Assembly (NCBI GenBank): GCA_934691225.1
Contig: CAKUSQ010000005.1
Span: forward strand, 1 to 13,641
DNA: 13,641 bases
Source: an uncultured Opitutales bacterium
GTDB lineage: Bacteria; Verrucomicrobiota; Verrucomicrobiia; Opitutales; UBA9783
Direction of reading: 5' to 3'
Under the pieces are notes generated by a model, which saw only the letters and a list, made by a program, of their open reading frames with translations, ran no database searches and was not told where the DNA came from. A program made the position numbers and the translations under genes. Each line of letters begins with the position of its first letter. Within the stretch, counting starts at the first letter, position 1. Shown here in pieces: positions 1 through 7,503 of the stretch.

Positions 1-743
1 CTGTGGCTTTGTATTCGAAGTTTGTAAAAACGTTAGTCCCGGTTTCGTCATGTTCAACGGCTGAAATGGTGAAAATTTGGGAAAATACGTTTAGGGCTAT
101 CAACATTTCTGCGGTCAATGAATTGAAAATGATTTGTGATCGTATGGGCATGGATGTTTGGGAAGTTATTGATGCAGCCAAAACAAAGCCTTATGGTTTT
201 ACGCCATTTTATCCAGGACCAGGTATGGGCGGACATTGTATCCCTGTAGATCCGTTTTATTTAACCTGGAAAGCTAAAGAGTACGAAATCCATACACGTT
301 TCATTGAGTTAGCTGGCGAAATTAACTTTAGAATGCATTCATATGTTGTAGAAAAAGTAGTTTCTGCTTTGAACATGCAAAAGAAATCAGCAAATGGTTC
401 TAGAGCTTTGATTTTTGGATTGGCTTACAAGGCTAACATTTGTGATTTGCGTGAATCTCCTGCATTTCCAATTATTGAGCGGTTGCAACGTTTGGGTATA
501 GAAATTGATTATTACGACCCATTTGTACCAGAAATTCCAAATTCGCGACATTTTTCACATTTGAGAGGGAAAAAATGTATCAATTTATCCGCAGATGTTG
601 TTAAAAATTATGACGTCTGCTTGATGCTCACATTACATAAAGATGTTCCCTATGAAATGATTGCAAAAAATGCAAAAGCTATTGTAGATACCCGCAATTG
701 CATGGGCGCTTACACAACGAATTGTAATGTTATAAAGGCTTAA
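1..743 (+). CDS. wbpA: Nucleotide-sugar 6-dehydrogenase, C-terminal ~246 aa (5' end lies outside the window); most likely UDP-N-acetyl-D-glucosamine 6-dehydrogenase (WbpA-like)
   Basis: Frame +3 is open from the window edge to the TAA at 741-743. The translation has the catalytic-Cys motif of the UDP-glucose/GDP-mannose dehydrogenase family (PGPGMGGHCIPVDPFYLTWKA) and the C-terminal nucleotide-sugar-binding domain (GLAYKANICDLRESPA). It sits directly upstream of wbpB/D/E-like genes. The substrate assignment comes from context only. Confidence 0.72.
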   Translation, partial: VALYSKFVKTLVPVSSCSTAEMVKIWENTFRAINISAVNELKMICDRMGMDVWEVIDAAKTKPYGFTPFYPGPGMGGHCIPVDPFYLTWKAKEYEIHTRFIELAGEINFRMHSYVVEKVVSALNMQKKSANGSRALIFGLAYKANICDLRESPAFPIIERLQRLGIEIDYYDPFVPEIPNSRHFSHLRGKKCINLSADVVKNYDVCLMLTLHKDVPYEMIAKNAKAIVDTRNCMGAYTTNCNVIKA

Positions 744-747
744 TATT

Positions 748-1707
748 ATGAAGAATATTGCAGTTGTTGGTTGTGGATATTGGGGTAAAAATCTTGTAAG
801 GAATTTTTACGAATTGGGCACCTTAGCAGCTGTATGCGATCCTGTAGAAATGGTTGCGAAAAAGTTTTCTGAGCAATATAGCGTGCCGTCAAAAACATGG
901 CTAGAGATTTTAAAAAATAAAACAGTCCAAGGTGTCGTTTTAGCTGTACCAGCAGTTCTACATGCCCGATTGTGTTGTGAAGCTATTCAAGCAGGTAAAG
1001 ATGTTTACGTTGAAAAACCTTTGGCTCTGACAGGGAAGGAAGGTTTGCAAATAAAAAACGCTTTAAAAGCTTCTTCCCAAATTCTTTTAGTAGGGCATCT
1101 TCTACAATATCATCCAGCTGTTGTAAAAATTAAAGAATTGATAAAAGCAGGTGCTTTAGGTGATTTGAGATACATTCGTTCACATCGTTTTAACATGGGG
1201 AAAATTCGCCATGAGGAAAATGTTTTATGGAGTTTTGCTCCGCATGATTTTTCTGTTGTTCATAGTATCGCAAATTCTTCAATAAAGACCATACACTCGC
1301 ATGGACAATACCTGTTTAACGATGATATTGCAGATCGGGTCGATGTTGCTATGGAATTTGAATCCGGTGTGCATGCAGAAGTTTGTGTTTCTTGGGTACA
1401 TCCTTTTAAAGAACAAAAACTAATTGTCGGAGGGAACAAGGGAATGCTTGTTTTTGATGATACCTTACCTTTGGAACAAAAATTAAAATTTTATAAGCAT
1501 AATTATTCTCGTAACGGCAAGAACATTGTTACGAAAAAAGCTGAACCTGAATTGATCGTACTTGATCCTATAGAACCTCTAAAAGCAGAATGTCAGCATT
1601 TTATGGATTGTATCAAGAATCGTCAACAACCTAGAACAGATATCAATGAAGGTATGGCTGTTGTACGTATGTTACAACTTGCACAGAAAGGATTAAATAG
1701 TGAATAA
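748..1707 (+). CDS. wbpB: Gfo/Idh/MocA-family NAD-dependent oxidoreductase; likely UDP-GlcNAcA 3-dehydrogenase (WbpB/WlbA-like)
   Basis: 319-aa ORF whose ATG lies 4 nt after the upstream stop. It has an N-terminal Rossmann motif (IAVVGCGYWGKNLVRN) and the family EKP motif (DVYVEKPLALT). It lies between the sugar dehydrogenase and the acetyltransferase/aminotransferase, as in wbp/wlb clusters. Confidence 0.75.
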   Translation: MKNIAVVGCGYWGKNLVRNFYELGTLAAVCDPVEMVAKKFSEQYSVPSKTWLEILKNKTVQGVVLAVPAVLHARLCCEAIQAGKDVYVEKPLALTGKEGLQIKNALKASSQILLVGHLLQYHPAVVKIKELIKAGALGDLRYIRSHRFNMGKIRHEENVLWSFAPHDFSVVHSIANSSIKTIHSHGQYLFNDDIADRVDVAMEFESGVHAEVCVSWVHPFKEQKLIVGGNKGMLVFDDTLPLEQKLKFYKHNYSRNGKNIVTKKAEPELIVLDPIEPLKAECQHFMDCIKNRQQPRTDINEGMAVVRMLQLAQKGLNSE

Positions 1708-2263
1708 TTTTTTTGTCCATGAAAGTTCTTATGTAGACGAAGGATGTTCTATTGGAGAAGGAACAAAAATTTGGCATTTCTCACATGTTTTATCGGGAGT
1801 AAAAATAGGCAAAAATTGCATTATTGGCCAAAATGTTATGATAGGTCCAGATGTTATTGTTGGAAATAATTGTAAAATTCAGAATAATGTTTCCCTATAC
1901 AAAGGTATTGAATTGGAGGATGGGGTTTTTTGTGGTCCTTCTTGTGTATTTACAAACGTATATAATCCTCGCGCTACTATAGATCGGAAAAATGAATTTT
2001 TAAAAACAATAATAAAAAAAGGAGCTACAATAGGGGCTAATGCAACGATCGTTTATGGCGTAACTCTGGGAGAATATTGTTTTATTGGAGCAGGAACGGT
2101 TGTCGTTAAGGATATCCCAGCTTTTGCGTGTGTTGTAGGGAACCCTGCACGTTTTATTGGATGGCGATGCCAATGTGGAGAAAAACTTGATTCAACTTAT
2201 TGTTGCCATCGTTGCGCATCTGAATATACACTAAAAAATAATAAACTAGAAAAAATATCATGA
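1700..2263 (+). CDS. wbpD: Left-handed beta-helix (hexapeptide-repeat) N-acetyltransferase; likely UDP-2-acetamido-3-amino-2,3-dideoxy-glucuronate 3-N-acetyltransferase (WbpD/WlbB-like), with a C-terminal Cys-rich tail
   Basis: GTG start at 1700 overlaps the wbpB stop (GTGAATAA), with AAAGGA about 8 nt upstream. The N-terminus FVHESSYVDEGCSIGEGTKIWHFSHV and repeated [LIV]G-x4 hexapeptides (IGKNCIIGQNVMIGPDVIVGNNCKI) are typical of WbpD/WlbB-type acetyltransferases. The tail is GWRCQCGEKLDSTYCCHRCASEY. Confidence 0.75.
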   Translation: MNNFFVHESSYVDEGCSIGEGTKIWHFSHVLSGVKIGKNCIIGQNVMIGPDVIVGNNCKIQNNVSLYKGIELEDGVFCGPSCVFTNVYNPRATIDRKNEFLKTIIKKGATIGANATIVYGVTLGEYCFIGAGTVVVKDIPAFACVVGNPARFIGWRCQCGEKLDSTYCCHRCASEYTLKNNKLEKIS

Positions 2264-3369
2264 AAATACCTTTTATTAATTTAGATCGTCAGTATCAATT
2301 ACATAAAGAAACGTTTGATCGAGCCGTTCATAACGTTTTGTATCATGGCCAATATGTCAGTGGCCCAGAAGTAAGACAGTTTGAGCAAGATTTACAAAAA
2401 TTTTTAGGTGTAAAACACGCAATTACCTGTGGGAATGGTACCGATGCACTTGTTCTAGCGTTAAAGGCATTAAATTTGCAAGTTAATGAAGTTGTTTTTG
2501 TCCCTAGTTTTACATTTGCTGCAACGGCAGAAGCTGTAGCTTATTGCGGTGGCATCCCTTATTTTGTAGATGTAAATGAAAATAGTTATAACTTGGATGT
2601 TAACAGTTTAAAAGAGGCCATATATGAAGCCCAAAAGCAATCATTGAAGATGGTAGGTATAATCGCTGTTGATTTATTTGGGTTATCTGCCGATTATACA
2701 TCGATCAATACAGTTGCTAAAGAGAATAATTTATGGGTAATGTCCGATTGTGCGCAAGGTTTTGGTTCAACACATAACGGTCATTACGTATGTTCTTGTA
2801 AAGATTGTACCATTGCTACTACAAGTTTTTTCCCAGCAAAGCCGTTGGGTTGTTATGGCGACGGTGGTGCGATTTTCACAAATAATGATGAAATCGCTTT
2901 ATTAATTCAAAGTTTGCATATCCACGGTAAAGGTTCAGAAAAATATGATAACATTCGGGTTGGGCAAAATAGCCGTTTAGATACCATACAAGCGGCTATT
3001 TTGATAGAAAAATTAAAATTATTCCCCAATGAGATTATTTTAAGGAACAAAATAGCTAAACATTATAATCAAGCTTTTGAAAACCGTTATAAAACACCTA
3101 TTATTCCTGAAAATGATACCTGTGTTTGGGCTCAGTATACCTTGCAAACCAATACATCCGAAACGCGGACAGTTGCAATGGAAGAATTTAAAAGTCGTGA
3201 AATTCCAACGAATATTTATTACCCGAAACCATTACACTTACAAACCGCTTACAAACATTTCCCTCATGCAAAAGCTATGGCTGTAAGTGAACAAGCTGCT
3301 TGTACGGTCTTCAGTTTGCCAATGTCGCCGTATTTAACGGAAGCAGAGTTAGAATATATTTGTAAATAA
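2260..3369 (+). CDS. wbpE: DegT/DnrJ/EryC1/StrS-family PLP-dependent sugar aminotransferase; likely UDP-2-acetamido-2-deoxy-3-oxo-glucuronate aminotransferase (WbpE/WlbC-like)
   Basis: 369-aa ORF with an ATGA start/stop overlap with wbpD. Family motifs are present: GPEVRQFEQDL, CGNGTDALVLALKAL, and the PLP-lysine context TSFFPAKPLGCYGDGGAIFT. Confidence 0.8.
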   Translation: MKIPFINLDRQYQLHKETFDRAVHNVLYHGQYVSGPEVRQFEQDLQKFLGVKHAITCGNGTDALVLALKALNLQVNEVVFVPSFTFAATAEAVAYCGGIPYFVDVNENSYNLDVNSLKEAIYEAQKQSLKMVGIIAVDLFGLSADYTSINTVAKENNLWVMSDCAQGFGSTHNGHYVCSCKDCTIATTSFFPAKPLGCYGDGGAIFTNNDEIALLIQSLHIHGKGSEKYDNIRVGQNSRLDTIQAAILIEKLKLFPNEIILRNKIAKHYNQAFENRYKTPIIPENDTCVWAQYTLQTNTSETRTVAMEEFKSREIPTNIYYPKPLHLQTAYKHFPHAKAMAVSEQAACTVFSLPMSPYLTEAELEYICK

Positions 3370-3370
3370 A

Positions 3371-4078
3371 GTGAATAATCCTATTTTTGTTATTGCCTAC
3401 GATTGTCCACACCGAAAAACTTTTGACGTTTTGAGCGGATTGTCAGCATTAGGGTACAAAAATGTTACTGCTTTTGCTTGCCCAATGTCTTATAAAAAGA
3501 CATTTAAACCTCTATTGCAGCATAGACCTAGTGTTGTTTACGATATTGATACATGTACGTTATGTAAAAATTTATGTTTTCAATTCATCGCTTTGAAGTC
3601 GTTACAAGAATTAACTACATATATAGGGCAAATTGGTGAAGCACCTGTTTTAATCGCTGGGGCTGGACTTATTCCGGAAGATCTATTGGATAAGATTACA
3701 TTTATCAACGCTCATCCTGGCTATGTTCCTTATGCGCGTGGCTTGGATGCTTTTAAGTGGAGTATTTTAGAAAATTTACCGGTAGGTGTTTCTTCCCATA
3801 TTTTAGGACATGTTGTAGATGCAGGAAAGCTTATTAAGAGATTGAGAATTATACCTGGACCTGGAGATACTTTCCATAGTTTAGCACAAAAAGTTTATGA
3901 ACAAGAGATAAAATTACTTTTAGATGCGGTTTTAAAATACAAACATGTTTTAAAAGAGGTAAAAGAAATAAAAGGTTTCCCAACACATAAGCGTATGCCA
4001 AATGATATTGAAAAGACATTGGATATAACATTAAAACATTATCACTGTGATGAAAATTTGTACAATTGTTGGGAATAG
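3371..4078 (+). CDS. Formyltransferase-fold protein (PurN/Fmt N-domain-like); candidate sugar N-formyltransferase
   Basis: 235-aa ORF with a GTG start 1 nt after the wbpE stop; its 3' end overlaps the epimerase start. The segment FINAHPGYVPYARGLDAFKWSILENLPVGVSSHILGHVVDAGKLI lines up with the PurN/Fmt/ArnA core (I-N-x-H-P-S-L-L-P-x-x-R-G ... D-x-G). All three catalytic residues (Asn, His, Asp) are present. There is no Fmt/ArnA-type C-terminal domain. Confidence 0.6.
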   Translation: MNNPIFVIAYDCPHRKTFDVLSGLSALGYKNVTAFACPMSYKKTFKPLLQHRPSVVYDIDTCTLCKNLCFQFIALKSLQELTTYIGQIGEAPVLIAGAGLIPEDLLDKITFINAHPGYVPYARGLDAFKWSILENLPVGVSSHILGHVVDAGKLIKRLRIIPGPGDTFHSLAQKVYEQEIKLLLDAVLKYKHVLKEVKEIKGFPTHKRMPNDIEKTLDITLKHYHCDENLYNCWE

Positions 4079-5120
4079 GCCCCAGTTTATCAAAGAAGCA
4101 CCTGTAAGTTTGCAGTTAGCTAAGTATGGGATTAAAGAAGTTTTAATCCATACAGGACAGCATTATGATGCCAATATGAGCGATGTGTTTTTCGATAATT
4201 TGGAATTGCCAAAACCAGATTACCATTTTTCGATTATCCACCGCTCGCATGGGGCAATGACAGGAGAAATTTTAACCAAAATTGAAGAGGTTTTAGTAAA
4301 AGAAAATCCCGAATGGGTGCTCATTTATGGGGATACAAATTCTACACTTGCTGGAGCTTTGGCTGCGGTTAAACTACATATTCCTGTTATGCATATTGAA
4401 GCAGGTGTTCGCATTTACGATATAACAGCCCCTGAAGAGGTCAATCGCGTTTTGGCATCTCACGTTACAACCATTCACTGTTGTTGTACGCAACACAATG
4501 TCGATAATTTGAAGAAAGAAGGTATAACAAAAAATGTTTACCTTACAGGTGACGTTATGTTGGATGCATTTAAGCTTTTTTCTAAAAAAGCTAAACAATC
4601 ATCCAATGTAATTGATAAACTCGATTTAAGAAAGTCCCCTTACATTTTGATGACATTTCATCGCCCAGAAAATATCGATTCTAAAGAAGGCTGCCTGCAA
4701 TTAATAAAGTTGATAAAACAGGTACCTTATAAGGTTATATTTCCTATTCACCCACGAACAAAGAATAGTTTTGTAAAGCATGGTTTGTGGACGCAAATAG
4801 AAAATGTCTCCAAACTTACCCTTTTAGAACCTATTTCTTACCTGGAAACTATTAATTTAATCAATAATTGTGTTTTTGTTGTTACCGATTCAGGCGGTTT
4901 GCAACGCGAAGCGTTTTTTGCGAAAAAATATTGTTATTTCTTCTATTTTGATGGCTGCTGGCCGGAGCTAGAAGAAATCGGCTGGCAAGCGAGATATAAT
5001 TTATCTGAAAATAAGTTTGACTTTTCAAAAACAATAGGAGACAACTATCGCAATAATCCATTTGGTGATGGAAATGCAAGTGAGAATATAGTTCGCTTGT
5101 TGACAAATTTAAAAAAATGA
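4050..5120 (+). CDS. wbpI: Non-hydrolysing UDP-sugar 2-epimerase of the WbpI/WlbD type (UDP-2,3-diacetamido-2,3-dideoxy-glucuronate 2-epimerase)
   Basis: The ORF track starts at GTG 4047, but the ATG at 4050 gives the family-typical N-terminus MKICTIVGNRPQFIK. Further motifs are IHTGQHYDANMSDVFF, PKPDY, YGDTNSTLAGALAA and VTDSGGLQREAFF. It is the last enzyme needed after the WbpA/B/E/D steps. Confidence 0.8.
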   Translation: MKICTIVGNRPQFIKEAPVSLQLAKYGIKEVLIHTGQHYDANMSDVFFDNLELPKPDYHFSIIHRSHGAMTGEILTKIEEVLVKENPEWVLIYGDTNSTLAGALAAVKLHIPVMHIEAGVRIYDITAPEEVNRVLASHVTTIHCCCTQHNVDNLKKEGITKNVYLTGDVMLDAFKLFSKKAKQSSNVIDKLDLRKSPYILMTFHRPENIDSKEGCLQLIKLIKQVPYKVIFPIHPRTKNSFVKHGLWTQIENVSKLTLLEPISYLETINLINNCVFVVTDSGGLQREAFFAKKYCYFFYFDGCWPELEEIGWQARYNLSENKFDFSKTIGDNYRNNPFGDGNASENIVRLLTNLKK

Positions 5121-6370
5121 AAAAACACATCGTATTATTACAATTTTGCGAAGAAACGCCTGAAAATGAAGAAGAAATTCAACGCCGAACAGCATTTTTA
5201 GGGCAGTATCTTTCCAAAAACGATTGCCAAGTCACATGGATAAAAAGCGGTTTTAGTCACGATGCAAAGAAAAATCTTTGGGGAAATTCTGTTAAAGAAT
5301 TGAATGATAATTTCAGGATTATTCACGTTCCGGGGATTGGCTATAAGCATAATGTTTGTGTAAAACGGTATATTCATGATTGGATTTGTTCATTCCAAAC
5401 ATTGAAAGTTTTGAAAACATTAGAAAATATTGATGCTATTGTTTCTTGCATACCGAGTGTAGGAGCTTCTTTTTTAGCAAGCCGTTTTGCAAAAGAGAAA
5501 GGAATTCCTTTTATTTTAGATTTACGTGATGCTTGGCCAGATGCGATTCCTTATGCCTTAGCGAATTCTTTGTTTCGTTTTCTAGCAAAATTAGCTATAT
5601 TACCTGATCGGTTTTTCTTACATCAAGCACTAAAAAATGCTACGGCAGTTGTATCTATGTCCCATGATATGCTAAGCTGGGGAATAAAAAAAATAAAAGC
5701 TACCATGAAACCTACAAAAGTCTTTTATTTAAGCACAACAAAAGATGTGTGTTTATCAGAAGAAGAAATAAAACATTATTCAGAAAAGTATGCTAATTTA
5801 TTATCTCGTAAAACATTTAAAGTTTTCTATCTAAGCCGTTGGGGAAAAATATGCAATCCAATGTTCTTGTTACGTGTAGCTCGAGAGTTCATCAGTTATA
5901 ATGTTGATTTTATCATTTGTGGTGACGGGGATTATGCAGAACAAGTTCGAGAAAATGCAAACAACTTATTAAACGTATTTTTGCCGGGATTTGTTTCTGC
6001 AAAAGAAGGTTATTTCTTGGCCAAGCATTGTGATTGTGGAATTTCCTTTATTTCTAAAGAAAGTCAAGAGCATGATAAGAATGTCATTCCGAGTTTTCCT
6101 AATAAAGTGTTTTTTCAATTCACGTGTGGGTTGCCATTAATAAATGGAATGTCAGGGGAGTTATCTCGAGTTATTTCAGAAAAAACATTGGGATTAAATT
6201 TTTCAAACAACAACATTACTGAAGTAAAAAAACATATTTTTTACTTGAGAGATAACCCATACATCCGGGCACAAATGGGAGAAAATAGTCGAAAGTTTTT
6301 TGAAGATTTTGGTAATCCTGAAATTGTTTATCAACAATATACTGAATTTGTGAAAGGTTTTTGTAAATGA
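5117..6370 (+). CDS. Glycosyltransferase, GT-B fold, GT4-like (WcaI/WbuB-like architecture)
   Basis: 417-aa ORF with an ATGA overlap with the epimerase stop. The C-terminal half has the retaining GT-B donor-binding region (PNKVFFQFTCGLPLINGMSGE, compare x-K-x-x-E-Y-x-A-x-G-x-P-V-I). The N-terminal half resembles the GT4 N-domain. Acceptor and donor are unknown. Confidence 0.62.
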   Translation: MKKHIVLLQFCEETPENEEEIQRRTAFLGQYLSKNDCQVTWIKSGFSHDAKKNLWGNSVKELNDNFRIIHVPGIGYKHNVCVKRYIHDWICSFQTLKVLKTLENIDAIVSCIPSVGASFLASRFAKEKGIPFILDLRDAWPDAIPYALANSLFRFLAKLAILPDRFFLHQALKNATAVVSMSHDMLSWGIKKIKATMKPTKVFYLSTTKDVCLSEEEIKHYSEKYANLLSRKTFKVFYLSRWGKICNPMFLLRVAREFISYNVDFIICGDGDYAEQVRENANNLLNVFLPGFVSAKEGYFLAKHCDCGISFISKESQEHDKNVIPSFPNKVFFQFTCGLPLINGMSGELSRVISEKTLGLNFSNNNITEVKKHIFYLRDNPYIRAQMGENSRKFFEDFGNPEIVYQQYTEFVKGFCK

Positions 6371-7479
6371 AAGTTTGTAACCTAACTTCTGTTCATCCAA
6401 GGTACGATATTCGCATATTCCATAAACAGTGTTGGACTCAAAGTTTGCGCGGAGAAGCACATTTGATCGTCGCTGATGGTCAAAAAGATGAAATAAAAGA
6501 TAATATTCATATTCACGGGGTAAAAAAATATAAAAATCGTTTTCTTCGCATGATTTTAGCGGTTTTTGCTGTCTATAAAAGGGCAAAGACCATCAAGGCA
6601 GATGTTTATATTTTACACGATCCCGAATTATTAACGATCGCTTTGTTGCTTAAAAAAACAGGTGCAAAAGTATTCTTTGATTCACATGAATGTTATACAG
6701 AAGCCTTACGGGATTCTTATTGGATTCCTCCATTTTTAAGAAAGCATGTAGTTAAAATTTACAGATACATAGAATCGTTGATTTTGTCGCGTTTAGATGG
6801 AGTGATTGCTGCCACCGAACATATCGGAGATGTCTTGAGTGAATATAACAAAAATATATTCGTTTTACATAATTATGCCTTATTGAAAGAATTTGCGGAT
6901 TGCACAGAGCCTGATATTGAACACTCTAATCACATTTTATATTGCGGCGGAATTAGCCAAGACCGTAATATTATAAATATAGTAAAAGCTCTTAGCTTAT
7001 GTCGTAATGATATCAAACTGATTTTATGCGGAACCTTTTCCCCTGAAGCTCTATTGAAGCAATGTCAACAATTATCAGGTTGGTCCCAAGTAGAATACAA
7101 AGTCCAGGTTAGTAGACAGCAACTACATAGTTTAGCTCAAAAATGTTTTTGCGGGATATGTGTTCTACGAACAAACCCTGCGCATAAATATGCGCTAAGT
7201 TCAAAAATTTTTGAATATCCTGGAATGCATTTGCCACTAGTGGCATCTAAATTTGACCTTTGGAAAAAAATAATTGGCAATGAAAATAAACCTTTCGGTG
7301 TATTTATAAATCCTGAAAATCCACAAGAAATTGCTGATGCCATCGACAAATTTTATGAAAACAAAGCCCTAACAAAACAACTTGGACAAAATGGTCGAAA
7401 AGCAGTTGAGACAAAATACAATTTTGAATTGGAAAAAGAAGAGTACTTAAACTTTTTAGAAAAATTTCATAAAATTTAA
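6367..7479 (+). CDS. Glycosyltransferase family 1/4 (GT-B)
   Basis: 370-aa ORF with an ATGA overlap with the upstream GT. The N-terminus KVCNLTSVHPRYDIRIFHKQC matches a common GT4 subgroup (TSVHxxxDxRIFxKEC). The C-terminal motif is SSKIFEYPGMHLPLVASKF (K-x-x-E-Y-x-x-x-G-x-P-x-V-A). Confidence 0.7.
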   Translation: MKVCNLTSVHPRYDIRIFHKQCWTQSLRGEAHLIVADGQKDEIKDNIHIHGVKKYKNRFLRMILAVFAVYKRAKTIKADVYILHDPELLTIALLLKKTGAKVFFDSHECYTEALRDSYWIPPFLRKHVVKIYRYIESLILSRLDGVIAATEHIGDVLSEYNKNIFVLHNYALLKEFADCTEPDIEHSNHILYCGGISQDRNIINIVKALSLCRNDIKLILCGTFSPEALLKQCQQLSGWSQVEYKVQVSRQQLHSLAQKCFCGICVLRTNPAHKYALSSKIFEYPGMHLPLVASKFDLWKKIIGNENKPFGVFINPENPQEIADAIDKFYENKALTKQLGQNGRKAVETKYNFELEKEEYLNFLEKFHKI

Positions 7480-7491
7480 ATAAATCAGAAT

Positions 7492-7497
7492 AAGGAG
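7492..7497 (+). promoter_or_regulatory. Shine-Dalgarno sequence (AAGGAG) for the wzy-like gene
   Basis: AAGGAG lies 6 nt upstream of the ATG at 7504. It sits in the only non-overlapping intergenic gap of the operon's distal half (24 nt). Confidence 0.6.
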
Positions 7498-7503
7498 AAA
7501 AAC

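Noticed and set aside
3077-3286. 69-aa plus-strand ORF in an alternative frame inside the aminotransferase gene; the same reasoning applies to 8243-8431 inside wzy
   Set aside because: Both overlap well-supported CDSs in another frame, with no RBS or motif support. They are most likely spurious.
54-7349. Minus-strand ORFs from the track that lie antisense to operon genes (54-236, 3849-4031, 4374-4598, 4882-5130, 6203-6586, 7137-7349)
   Set aside because: All are fully embedded antisense to long, motif-supported plus-strand genes. They have odd, low-complexity, Cys/Phe/Asn-rich compositions, no SD sequences and no recognisable motifs. Such ORFs are expected by chance.
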